Of a stretch of 41,646 nt of DNA, positions 1-7,596 are shown piece by piece (positions within the stretch are counted from its first letter, which is position 1; the number at the start of each line of letters is the position of its first letter). The stretch covers positions 1 through 41,646 of the forward strand of contig JAUYJZ010000014.1 of NCBI GenBank assembly GCA_030698465.1. The letters run 5' to 3'. The DNA comes from a bacterium. Lineage in GTDB: Bacteria; Patescibacteriota; Minisyncoccia; Minisyncoccales; UBA10102. The notes beneath the pieces are model-generated. The model saw only the letters and a program-made list of their open reading frames with translations, searched no databases and was not told the origin of the DNA. Position numbers and translations under genes: made by a program.

Positions 1-6
1 AGATTC

Positions 7-1260
7 ATGGCGAATTGGAAAATTCAAGATATTGCTCCTCCCAAAAAGTTTAAAAAACAAGTGGAGGAGCCCTTAAAAGAACCGGAACCTCAAAAACAGG
101 GTAACCGAAAGAAAACCCAACTGCCAAGATGGTTTAAAAGGGGATTCCTGCCGTTTCTTGTGTTGCTAGTATTTGTCTTTGGCACGGTACACGTTTTTTT
201 CGCTACGGCTGAGGTTGTTGTGCGACCCCAAACCAGGCAAGTAAAGCTCTTGGAGTCTGTTTCAGCTGAGGTGGGGAGACAGCGTCTAGACAAGGAGGAA
301 CTCATTCTCCCGGCCCGCACTCTGACAGTGGAGAAAAGGGCAACCCGTTTGTTTGATGCTTCCAGTACGACCATAAAGGAAGATCGGGCAAAAGGAATCA
401 TCCGTGTCTATAATGCCACCGATTCCGCAAAGACCCTGGTCGCCCAGACCCGTTTTGTGTCAGAACAGGGGATTCTGTTTCGCACTACTTCACGCATCAC
501 CATTCCAGGATCGAGCGAGGAGAGAAAACTCGTTCCTGGGTTTCTTGATGTTGAGGTGGTGGCCGCTGAACCTGGCGAGGAATACAATATAGGGGCTTCC
601 AATTTTTCCCTTCCTGGTCTTTCGGGTTCTGTCTTGTTCACGGCAATCTATGGGGTGTCCACGGCCCCCATGACCGGAGGTTCGGAGCGCGAGATATCTG
701 TTGTTTCGCAAGACGATATTGAAAAAGCAAAACAAGCGCTGATTGGAGAACTCACCATGAAAGCTGCAAATGAACTGCTCAGCCAAGTGCCAGAATACAT
801 GATAGCAACCGAGGATTCCATTGTCGTGGAGGTGAGTGAAGCATCATCCCTGGTGGAGGCCGGAGCTGAACTAGATCAGTTCAATGTAACAGTTTCCCTG
901 AATGCCGTTGCATATCTTTTCCCTCGGGCCGATGTAGATACACTGGTGGAAACCTTTCTTGCCAGCGAGCTTGGTGAAAAAGAGCGCGTTCCTAACGACA
1001 AGACGAGGATTAGCTTTCAGCAAATTACCGTGGATACAGACACCGTCACCTTACAGCTGAGCATTCAGGCTACCCTGTATCAATATACAGATCCCACAGA
1101 GTTAAAGATTAAGCTTCGAGGCAAGTCTGAAAAAGAGGCCAACGATATTCTTACTTCATATGTCGGCCTCAAAGAAGCCAAGCTCTCCCTGTGGCCCTTT
1201 TGGATCTCATCTGTCCCAGGAAACGTGGATAAGTTGAAGATTGAGGTCATTGTTGACTAA
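7..1260 (+). CDS. membrane-anchored hypothetical protein (Lys-rich N-terminus, one TM helix, large extracytoplasmic domain)
   Basis: 417-aa ORF. It has a hydrophobic segment FLPFLVLLVFVFGTVHVFFATA after a basic N-terminus. I recognised no family by eye. Confidence 0.55.
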   Translation: MANWKIQDIAPPKKFKKQVEEPLKEPEPQKQGNRKKTQLPRWFKRGFLPFLVLLVFVFGTVHVFFATAEVVVRPQTRQVKLLESVSAEVGRQRLDKEELILPARTLTVEKRATRLFDASSTTIKEDRAKGIIRVYNATDSAKTLVAQTRFVSEQGILFRTTSRITIPGSSEERKLVPGFLDVEVVAAEPGEEYNIGASNFSLPGLSGSVLFTAIYGVSTAPMTGGSEREISVVSQDDIEKAKQALIGELTMKAANELLSQVPEYMIATEDSIVVEVSEASSLVEAGAELDQFNVTVSLNAVAYLFPRADVDTLVETFLASELGEKERVPNDKTRISFQQITVDTDTVTLQLSIQATLYQYTDPTELKIKLRGKSEKEANDILTSYVGLKEAKLSLWPFWISSVPGNVDKLKIEVIVD

Positions 1261-1281
1261 ATGAATTTTCTTTGGTACACT
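1253..1281 (+). promoter_or_regulatory. sigma70-like promoter upstream of infA (TTGACT-17 nt-TACACT)
   Basis: The hexamers and the 17-nt spacer were read directly. The -35 box overlaps the stop of the upstream ORF. Confidence 0.45.
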
Positions 1282-1300
1282 TGATACCGCGATTTCACAC

Positions 1301-1525
1301 ATGACAGATAACAAACCAGATGAACTTCTCATGCAGGGGGAAGTGCTTGAAACTCTTCCAAGTCTCAAATTTCGAGTGCGCCTTGAGGATGGAAGCTTAG
1401 TGCTGGCATATCTTGCTGGAAAATTGAGAAAGTTTAAAATCCGTATCCTGGCGGGGGACAAGGTTTCCGTTCAGATGACCCCGTATGATAAAACTCGAGG
1501 AAGGATAGTGTATCGGAACAAATAG
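1301..1525 (+). CDS. infA: translation initiation factor IF-1
   Basis: 74 aa with an S1-like IF-1 sequence ([43 protein letters not shown]). It sits in the conserved position before rpmJ-rpsM. Confidence 0.95.
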   Translation: MTDNKPDELLMQGEVLETLPSLKFRVRLEDGSLVLAYLAGKLRKFKIRILAGDKVSVQMTPYDKTRGRIVYRNK

Positions 1526-1544
1526 CGAGGTGTAGCACCGAGCT

Positions 1545-1644
1545 ACCCCGCCCTCTATGCTGTATGTTTATGGATAATTCACTGAGAGATACATCTTCTT
1601 TTGCGAGTTGTCAACATAGGTACATAGAGTTTAGAGGGCGGGGT
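1545..1644 (+). repeat. long-range inverted-repeat bracket A (ACCCCGCCCTCT ... AGAGGGCGGGGT, 12 bp perfect, 76-nt loop) in the infA-rpmJ spacer
   Basis: Both arms were read directly. An alternative register CTCTATG/CATAGAG is also possible. Confidence 0.7.
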
Positions 1645-1669
1645 TCATTCGCTTCATAATATTCAGCTC

Positions 1670-1786
1670 ATGAAGGTTCAATCAACGATAAAAAAGATAT
1701 GCAAGGATTGCAAGATTGTAAAACGGGAAGGAACGCTGTATGTCATCTGCAAGAAAAACCCCAAGCATAAACAGAGGCAAGGGTAA
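1670..1786 (+). CDS. rpmJ: 50S ribosomal protein L36
   Basis: 38-aa ORF not in the ORF track: [38 protein letters not shown]. It has the canonical L36 Cys pattern and position. Confidence 0.9.
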   Translation: MKVQSTIKKICKDCKIVKREGTLYVICKKNPKHKQRQG

Positions 1787-1809
1787 AATCACAACTGCTT
1801 GTGATTTTA
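1784..1809 (+). other. hairpin containing the rpmJ stop codon (11-bp stem TAAAATCACAA/TTGTGATTTTA, loop CTGC)
   Basis: Read directly. There is no separate U-tract beyond the stem. Confidence 0.5.
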
Positions 1810-1858
1810 CGGATTTGCGCGTCAAGCGTCCCCGCTTGACAATAATGCAAATCCCGGG

Positions 1859-1903
1859 CCTGCTTTGGAAAACCGCTGAAAGCAAATCGTTTTTCAAAGC
1901 AGG
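1859..1903 (+). promoter_or_regulatory. 45-nt imperfect hairpin in the rpsM leader (CCTGCTTTG...CAAAGCAGG)
   Basis: 9-bp outer stem plus inner GAAAACCG/CGTTTTTC pairing. It lies 24 nt upstream of the rpsM ATG. The position matches where alpha-operon leaders are autoregulated in other bacteria. Confidence 0.3.
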
Positions 1904-1926
1904 TGCATAACACTATATAAACAATT

Positions 1927-2316
1927 ATGCCCAGATTAGCCGGAGTAGAAATCCCAGACAAAAAACAGATTAGGGTCGCCCTGACCCATATCTTTGGTAT
2001 TGGAGAAATGAGCAGTGGAAAGATTCTTCAACAAACCAAGATTAATCCACAAAAGAAAGCAGGAGAGTTAACCACGCAAGAATTGGGTGTGCTCCGGGAC
2101 ATTATTGAAAAAGGGTTTAAGATTGAAGGTGACTTGAGGCGGGAAGTCATGACAAATGTCAAGCGGCTCAAGGATATTAACTCTTGGCGTGGTCTGCGCC
2201 ACCAAAAGCGTCTCCCAGTCCGAGGACAGCGGACAAGCACGAACACCAGGACCATTCGGGGAAACGTGAGAAAAACCGTGGGATCGGGAAAGAAGCCCGC
2301 AGCTAGCCCAACATAA
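1927..2316 (+). CDS. rpsM: 30S ribosomal protein S13
   Basis: MPRLAGVEIPDKK... is a typical S13 N-terminus, and the operon context fits. Confidence 0.97.
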   Translation: MPRLAGVEIPDKKQIRVALTHIFGIGEMSSGKILQQTKINPQKKAGELTTQELGVLRDIIEKGFKIEGDLRREVMTNVKRLKDINSWRGLRHQKRLPVRGQRTSTNTRTIRGNVRKTVGSGKKPAASPT

Positions 2317-2331
2317 TCAAGATGAATTAAT

Positions 2332-2763
2332 ATGGGAAAGAAACGAGTGATTACAAAAGGAGAAGCAGTTCCCAGTACAGGAGTTTCAGCCGCAAAGACG
2401 GTCTCAAAGGGGAGAACCTTTAAAGACGGCAGGGTGAATATTTATTCTTCCTATAACAACACCTTGATTTCTTTGGCCGACGGACAAGGAAATGTTGTGT
2501 TTACCACATCAGCTGGCGCAGTTGGATTTAAGGGAACAAAGAAATCAACCCCCTTTGCCGCTTCCAAGGTTGCAGAGACCCTATCTGATGTTGCGAAAGC
2601 AAGAGGAGTGGAACGCATTGCGATTATCCTGCGGGGCATTGGTCCTGGAAGGGAATCTGCCTTGCGGTCCCTGGGGACCAAAGGGTTTGAGATTCAGTCT
2701 ATTCGAGACGTTACTCCTGTTCCTCACAACGGACCCCAGTTAAAAAAAGTGAGACGCGTTTAA
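2332..2763 (+). CDS. rpsK: 30S ribosomal protein S11
   Basis: S11 signature (NNTLISLADGQGNVV...SAGAVGFKGTKKSTPFAA). Confidence 0.97.
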   Translation: MGKKRVITKGEAVPSTGVSAAKTVSKGRTFKDGRVNIYSSYNNTLISLADGQGNVVFTTSAGAVGFKGTKKSTPFAASKVAETLSDVAKARGVERIAIILRGIGPGRESALRSLGTKGFEIQSIRDVTPVPHNGPQLKKVRRV

Positions 2764-2782
2764 TGATAAATTTTATTAATAA

Positions 2783-2863
2783 AATTTTCAGTTTCCCCCG
2801 TGTCGGAAATTATTCAAAACCGAGGGTTTTGAAAAGAGGGGGGTCGGGGGAAACTGTGTGATC
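2783..2863 (+). repeat. structured ~80-nt repeat, copy 1 (outer stem CAGTTTCCCCCG/CGGGGGAAACTG, inner hairpin TTCAAAACC-GAG-GGTTTTGAA)
   Basis: Near-identical copies lie at 37599-37681 and 37741-37823. This copy fills the rpsK-rpsD spacer and ends 3 nt before the rpsD ATG. Confidence 0.85.
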
Positions 2864-2865
2864 AT

Positions 2866-3390
2866 ATGCAAAAAGGTGTAGTACGAAAACGACGCCCAAC
2901 CCCGCAGTCTGAATACGGAAGGCAACTGCAGCAAAAGCAAGATTTGAAAGCGCAGTATAATCTTAGAGAAAAGCAGATGAAGAACTATGTAAAGGAGGTA
3001 CTGGGAGGGGCCAGTCACGGAAACTCTCCAGAGTTGTTTTTACAAAAGCTTGAGAGACGTTTAGACAATGTGGTGTTCCGAGCCGGATTTGCTCCAACAC
3101 GAAAGCAAGGTCGTCAAATGGTTTCCCACGGACACTTTCTGGTGAACGGCAGGAAAGTAGATATCCCTTCTTTTGAAGTGAAACGAGGAGATATTATTTC
3201 TCCCCGTCCCTCTTCCATGGAGCGAACCCTGTTTAAAAACACTTTGCTTGGGTTGAAGAAATATGAGGCTCCTTCCTGGATTCAGCTTAACAAAGAGAAA
3301 CCAGAGATTACCATAAAGCTGCTTCCCACATTGGCGGAAGCTGCCCCCTCGGTCGAAATTCCTCTCATCTTTGAGTTTTACTCCAGATAA
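2866..3390 (+). CDS. rpsD: 30S ribosomal protein S4 (N-terminally short form, 174 aa)
   Basis: SEYGRQLQQKQ..., LERRLDNVVFRAGFAPTRKQGRQMVSHGHFLVNGRKVDIPS (S4 domain) and C-terminal EFYSR. An in-frame TGA about 36 nt upstream prevents a longer N-terminus. Confidence 0.93.
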   Translation: MQKGVVRKRRPTPQSEYGRQLQQKQDLKAQYNLREKQMKNYVKEVLGGASHGNSPELFLQKLERRLDNVVFRAGFAPTRKQGRQMVSHGHFLVNGRKVDIPSFEVKRGDIISPRPSSMERTLFKNTLLGLKKYEAPSWIQLNKEKPEITIKLLPTLAEAAPSVEIPLIFEFYSR

Positions 3391-3401
3391 TCAAAAAATA
3401 T

Positions 3402-4205
3402 ATGATTCCACTTTCAAAATCAACAAAAATAATTTCGAGCAAAGGAGACCGGGGCACTTTTGAGATTGAAGCCCTGTATCCTGGGTACGGTTACACAGTG
3501 GGCAACAGCTTACGAAGAGTCCTCCTCTCTTCTTTGGAGGGGGCCGCTGCCACGCAGGCAAAGATTAAAGGAGCTCCTCATGAGTTTTCAACACTTCCTG
3601 GCATGAAAGAAGATGTTTTGAGTCTTTTGCTTAATTTAAAGCAAATTCGCTTTCGCCTTTTTGAGCAGGGGCCCGTAACTGTAACTCTCAAGGTGAAGGG
3701 CATAAAAACAATTACCGCCGGGGATTTTAAACCCCCAAGCCAGGTAGAGATTGTGAACAAGGATTTGGTTTTAGCTCACCTAACCGACAAATCCGCGGAA
3801 TTGGAAATCGAGATTCAGGTAGGAAAAGGAGTTGGATATGAGGTGGCAGAATCCCGCAGAAGAGGAAAGGAGGAAATCGGCACTATTTCCCTGGATGCTA
3901 TTTATGGCCCTGTAAAAAAAGTGAGTTATCGGGTGGAGCAAATGCGCGTTGGAGATCGCACTGACTTTGACCGGCTTATTTTGGAAATTGAGACCGATGG
4001 CACCCTAAACCCAGAAGCTGCTTTAAAGGAAGCCTCAAGCATCTTGGTGAAACAGTTTGAGATTGCTGGAGAAGGATTAAAAACTGAGGAAGTAAAACCC
4101 GAAGAAAAGCCAAAAGTCAAGAAAAAAGTTGCCTCATCGGCGACCCGCCGAGGAGACGGGAAGCCGGCTGTAAAGAAAAAGGCAGCTGTGAAGAAAAAGA
4201 AATAG
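3402..4205 (+). CDS. rpoA: DNA-directed RNA polymerase alpha subunit (NTD only, Lys-rich C-terminal tail)
   Basis: Alpha-NTD sequence (GYGYTVGNSLRRVLLSSL...) in the expected operon position. There is no alpha-CTD; the protein ends in KPAVKKKAAVKKKK. Confidence 0.93.
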   Translation: MIPLSKSTKIISSKGDRGTFEIEALYPGYGYTVGNSLRRVLLSSLEGAAATQAKIKGAPHEFSTLPGMKEDVLSLLLNLKQIRFRLFEQGPVTVTLKVKGIKTITAGDFKPPSQVEIVNKDLVLAHLTDKSAELEIEIQVGKGVGYEVAESRRRGKEEIGTISLDAIYGPVKKVSYRVEQMRVGDRTDFDRLILEIETDGTLNPEAALKEASSILVKQFEIAGEGLKTEEVKPEEKPKVKKKVASSATRRGDGKPAVKKKAAVKKKK

Positions 4206-4209
4206 GTAT

Positions 4210-4557
4210 ATGAAAAAGAGGATTCGCAAACGAACGTTTTCAAGAAAGGCAGGGCCCAGAAAGGCGCTGTTTAAGAGTCTTTTACGTTCGTTACTGCAAA
4301 AAGAGAAGATTGAGACAACCTTAGCCAAGGCAAAAGAACTCTCCCCGGCCGCTGACAAGCTCGTGACCAAGGCCAAAGGAGGAGGTATTGCAGCGCAAAG
4401 ACAACTGGCCGCAATCCTAGGGGTGGACTCTGCAAGGAAGCTTATAGGAGAGGTTGTTCCTCGATACCTGGAAAGGAAAGGTGGTTATACCCGTATCACA
4501 AAATTGAGACCTCGGAAATCAGACAGCGCAAAGCGTGCAATTATTGAATTTGTATGA
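4210..4557 (+). CDS. rplQ: 50S ribosomal protein L17
   Basis: L17-like sequence following rpoA (canonical order). Confidence 0.93.
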   Translation: MKKRIRKRTFSRKAGPRKALFKSLLRSLLQKEKIETTLAKAKELSPAADKLVTKAKGGGIAAQRQLAAILGVDSARKLIGEVVPRYLERKGGYTRITKLRPRKSDSAKRAIIEFV

Positions 4558-4910
4558 ATAAAGAACGAGAAAGCCATATCGTAAATGCACAAGGACGCCC
4601 TCTAGGTCGTTTGGCAGTTGAAATAGCAGATCTTTTGCGCGGCAAGCGAAAGGGGGACTTTGCTCCGCACAAAGACGTGGGGGATTTTGTGACCGTTCAG
4701 AATTTTAAGAAAGTGCGTTTTACCGGACAAAAGGCTCTCCAAAAGCAGTATTTTCGTCATTCCGGATACTTAGGGAACCTGCATACGGCAACACTTGGAG
4801 AGCTATTTGAAAAACAGCCCCAGGAGGTGCTTAGAAAAGCCGTATGGGGAATGCTTCCAACAAATAAGCTCAGGCCTCGGCAAATAAAGCGATTGAAGGT
4901 TGAGCTCTAA
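4554..4910 (+). CDS. rplM: 50S ribosomal protein L13
   Basis: GRPLGRLAVEIADLLRGK...HSGYLG motif. ATGA overlap with rplQ. Confidence 0.93.
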   Translation: MNKERESHIVNAQGRPLGRLAVEIADLLRGKRKGDFAPHKDVGDFVTVQNFKKVRFTGQKALQKQYFRHSGYLGNLHTATLGELFEKQPQEVLRKAVWGMLPTNKLRPRQIKRLKVEL

Positions 4911-4915
4911 AAAAA

Positions 4916-5371
4916 ATGGCAACAAAGAAACCCACAAAAACAAAAAAGGTGACACCAAAGCAAGCTCTGAAAAAGGAAGAAGGACGCTATTGGGCCGCCA
5001 CCGGAAGAAGGAAGACGGCCGTGGCAAGAGTGCGGATTGCAGTTGGGAAGAAGAGTGATTTTATTGTAAACCGAAAACCCTTTGATGAGTATTTTCAGGA
5101 TCCTGAATATCGCATCATTGCAAAGGAAGCTTTAGAAAAGGCGGCCCTTGGGAAAAACTTTGAGGTCAGCATTTTGGTCCGTGGTGGCGGGATGCGAGCT
5201 CAAGCTGAAGCTACGCGTCATGCATTAGCCCGTGCCTTGGTGGAATGGGATAGCTCTATACGAGAGCAGATGAAGACCCTTAAGTTCTTAACCCGAGATC
5301 CTAGGATGAGAGAGCGAAAGAAATTTGGATTAAAGAGAGCCAGAAGGGCCAGACAATGGAGAAAGCGTTAG
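4916..5371 (+). CDS. rpsI: 30S ribosomal protein S9 (Lys-rich N-terminal extension)
   Basis: GGGMRAQAEATRHALARAL ... C-terminal KFGLKRARRARQWRKR. Confidence 0.95.
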   Translation: MATKKPTKTKKVTPKQALKKEEGRYWAATGRRKTAVARVRIAVGKKSDFIVNRKPFDEYFQDPEYRIIAKEALEKAALGKNFEVSILVRGGGMRAQAEATRHALARALVEWDSSIREQMKTLKFLTRDPRMRERKKFGLKRARRARQWRKR

Positions 5372-5377
5372 CCCTTC

Positions 5378-6769
5378 CTATCTTAGCCGTTCTGAAACCG
5401 AGAAGGCACCCCCTGACAAGACATAGAGGGTGCCTTTTTCGTTATCAAAATAGAGTTTTGGGCTTGAGAATTCAGCAATGTCTGCAATGTTGAGCCGGTC
5501 TCGATTGTCAATTTCGCTTACTCGTATGTTACCTCCTAAAGAAAACAGGAGGTAGTTAGAACCAACCCACAAGAGCTCATCAATGGGCATTGAGAATCGG
5601 GTAAGGAGGATAAGGTCGCTTGCCTGGCGCTGAGGTTGCTCTGTTTCTTCCTTTAAAAATAGTACCCAGAGTTCCGACTGATTTTTAATTGCAACCCTGG
5701 TTCCGCCTGAAGCCACCTTTATTTCAGAAACTGGGGAAAGAATTTCTCGCCGGATTGATGAACCGCGCTCATGCAGGAAAAGCGAGGCATCTTCTTTAAG
5801 AAGAATTGAGTCACCAGCGATAAAGAGAACGTAAGAAGATTCGCCCTTGGGCACAAAAAGCGATGCCTGAAACTTTTGAGCCTCGCTTTTTGAAGTAAGA
5901 TCCTGCTGCCATAGGTTGCCGTCATTGGCCAGCCAGGTGACGGAGTTGCCATGGGTGATAAAGCTCAACACATTGTTTGCAATGGGCAAGGCAGCTTCTT
6001 TCTTGAGATATTCTGCAGAAAAGAGCACCTGGGTTTCGTTGAGGAATTTGGTAAAGAGCACTTGCCCTGAGGCCGCAGGAGAAAATTGGATATTCTCAAT
6101 GTTTTGCCCGAGATATTCCAAGCTGCAGGGTTCTTTTGAACAGGGTTGACTGGAAGTAATATCATGGACCTCGCGAATAATCAGTCCTGTTCTTTCACGC
6201 TCTATCAGGAAATGTTTGGAGTCTTGGGCCCAGGAAACATTGAGAATTTCATCTTTTGATTGTTCCACCAGAGGCTCTTTTCCCAAGGTTTGTAGGTTCA
6301 AGAGAGTAAGTTCCCAGGGCAAGCCGTCTTTTTGCTCTAAAAGTAGGGCGTATCGTTGGTCAGGAGAAATCCAAAAGTCCACAATTGCGTCTGCGAGTTG
6401 CTGGAACATGGTTTCCTTTTTGAATAAAAGCACATACTTTGCTTCCTCAACCTGACGTTCTTTTACCTCAAGGATTTTTTGCCAAGAGTGGTATCCTTCC
6501 TTTGCAATTTCCACAAAGTAGTTGCCAGGGAAAAAGTTTTTTGTGAGAGCGGAACCAAAGAGAAAATCAGTCCTTTTTACGAGGTTCTCATCAATGAGAA
6601 TATCTGCTCTTGTGGGGACGACTTTAAAGTAGAAAGCACCTGTTTGAGTGATTCGCATTGCCTTAAAATCAATTCGATAGCCCTGAGAATACAATGCAAA
6701 AGAAGGGGCTAATACAAAAAAAAGGCTAAGAAGTAAAAAAAACAATAAAGTTCGTTGGCGTCTGGTCAT
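5378..6769 (-). CDS. membrane-anchored PEGA-domain protein with a beta-propeller-like C-terminal region
   Basis: N-terminal TM helix, then a PEGA-like segment (ADILIDENLV...FFPGNYFVEIAKEGYHSWQKILEV). Confidence 0.6.
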   Translation of the reverse strand: MTRRQRTLLFFLLLSLFFVLAPSFALYSQGYRIDFKAMRITQTGAFYFKVVPTRADILIDENLVKRTDFLFGSALTKNFFPGNYFVEIAKEGYHSWQKILEVKERQVEEAKYVLLFKKETMFQQLADAIVDFWISPDQRYALLLEQKDGLPWELTLLNLQTLGKEPLVEQSKDEILNVSWAQDSKHFLIERERTGLIIREVHDITSSQPCSKEPCSLEYLGQNIENIQFSPAASGQVLFTKFLNETQVLFSAEYLKKEAALPIANNVLSFITHGNSVTWLANDGNLWQQDLTSKSEAQKFQASLFVPKGESSYVLFIAGDSILLKEDASLFLHERGSSIRREILSPVSEIKVASGGTRVAIKNQSELWVLFLKEETEQPQRQASDLILLTRFSMPIDELLWVGSNYLLFSLGGNIRVSEIDNRDRLNIADIAEFSSPKLYFDNEKGTLYVLSGGAFSVSERLR

Positions 6770-6790
6770 ACTTGTTGAGTATACGCCAGT

Positions 6791-6819
6791 TTGACAAAAT
6801 AGGAAAGATAGGGTATTGT
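6791..6819 (+). promoter_or_regulatory. sigma70-like promoter (TTGACA-17 nt-TATTGT) for the Nudix gene
   Basis: Read directly. It is followed by an AAGGAGG Shine-Dalgarno sequence and an in-frame GTG. Confidence 0.5.
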
Positions 6820-6858
6820 TTCACATACAAACTTTTAGAGTTAGAGAAGGAGGATGAA

Positions 6859-7404
6859 GTGCATCATACAGGGTTGTTTACGGTTGGAGTCTTTGGGCTG
6901 ATTTTTCGACAGGAAGACGGTAAACTTCTCCTAAAAAGAAGACCTCCAAGTATCTCGCAGCCTGGGAACTGGGATCTTCCAGGAGGAGGTATCTCTCCGA
7001 CACTTTCTGGAGAACTTCCAGGCTTTGGAGAAGATTACTTTTTGGCGGAGTGCATCCGCGAGGTAAGAGAAGAAACAGGGCTCGAGGTTATTAATCTTGT
7101 TCTGCGTTCTAGGGTGAGGATATATGTAGTACTCAGTACGAATGAGCAAGATCCTCGTCACATTGGTGATATTGCCCTCGCCATTCCCATGAGAATTCCT
7201 GTCGGGGCTTCTGACGAACCCCAGGACTGCGAATTCCAATGGGTTTCTCCCGATGATCTTCAGGTGCTTGCACAACGGGAAAATGGGAACAGATTGGTTG
7301 GAGGGGTGGGAGGCCGCCACTGGAGGATGTGCGTGGAGGGATTTAGAGAGTACTCCTCGAACGGGGGTTTCCGAGGCCAAACCTCAACTTTTGATCTCGC
7401 CTAG
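6859..7404 (+). CDS. NUDIX hydrolase
   Basis: Nudix box GNWDLPGGG...ECIREVREETGLEV. The ORF track starts at 6772 (TTG), but a GTG at about 6859 lies 5 nt after AAGGAGG. Confidence 0.8.
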   Translation: MHHTGLFTVGVFGLIFRQEDGKLLLKRRPPSISQPGNWDLPGGGISPTLSGELPGFGEDYFLAECIREVREETGLEVINLVLRSRVRIYVVLSTNEQDPRHIGDIALAIPMRIPVGASDEPQDCEFQWVSPDDLQVLAQRENGNRLVGGVGGRHWRMCVEGFREYSSNGGFRGQTSTFDLA

Positions 7405-7415
7405 TTCTTTTCGTA

Positions 7416-7463
7416 GGCGCCTTTCTTCTCTTTTAAGAGGGGACTGGCGCCTTTTTCTTTTAT
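7416..7463 (+). terminator. intrinsic terminator after the Nudix gene
   Basis: GGCGCC...GGCGCC compound hairpin followed by TTTTTCTTTTATT. Confidence 0.6.
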
Positions 7464-7501
7464 TGCAAAACAAGAGGATTTCAGCTAGAATACGATCACA
7501 C

Positions 7502-7565
7502 GGTTCCTCCCGACCCCACTCTTTTAGAACCTTGCGGTTCTAATATTTCCACCACGGGAAGAACC
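7502..7565 (+). repeat. long-range inverted-repeat bracket F (GGTTCCTCCCG ... CGGGAAGAACC, one mismatch) enclosing hairpin AGAACC-TTGC-GGTTCT
   Basis: Shares CCCGACCCC (left) and CCACCACGGG (right) with bracket B at 14535-14658. Confidence 0.55.
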
Positions 7566-7566
7566 G

Positions 7567-7586
7567 AAATTTTGTAAACAAAATTT
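7567..7586. promoter_or_regulatory. 9+2+9 perfect palindrome AAATTTTGT-AA-ACAAAATTT just upstream of murA (candidate operator)
   Basis: Read directly. It ends about 10 nt before the murA ATG (7597). Confidence 0.35.
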
Positions 7587-7596
7587 GGAAGACCAT

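Noticed and set aside
2789-2856. The repeat as an integron attC site, because of the GTTT...AAAC ends and imperfect palindrome.
   Set aside because: The ends do not fit the RYYYAAC/GTTRRRY cores. No integrase or cassette array is present. The copies lie in housekeeping operon spacers.
2763-2861. A 32-codon ORF (MINFINKIFSFPRVGNYSKPRVLKRGGSGETV) starting at a TAATG overlap with the rpsK stop and running through repeat copy 1. I considered it as a leader peptide or a remnant S4 N-terminus.
   Set aside because: The same frame is interrupted in copy 2 by a 1-nt indel and a stop, and shifted in copy 3 by another 1-nt indel. The peptide is therefore not conserved, while the base pairing is. Resemblance to the S4 N-terminus (RY.GP..K..RR.G) is weak and out of register.
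2834-2866. A +1 frameshift in the G-run that would fuse the small ORF to rpsD and restore a longer S4.
   Set aside because: The fused N-terminus would not resemble S4 (no MARY.GP, wrong spacing to SEYG). There is also no slippery-site context.
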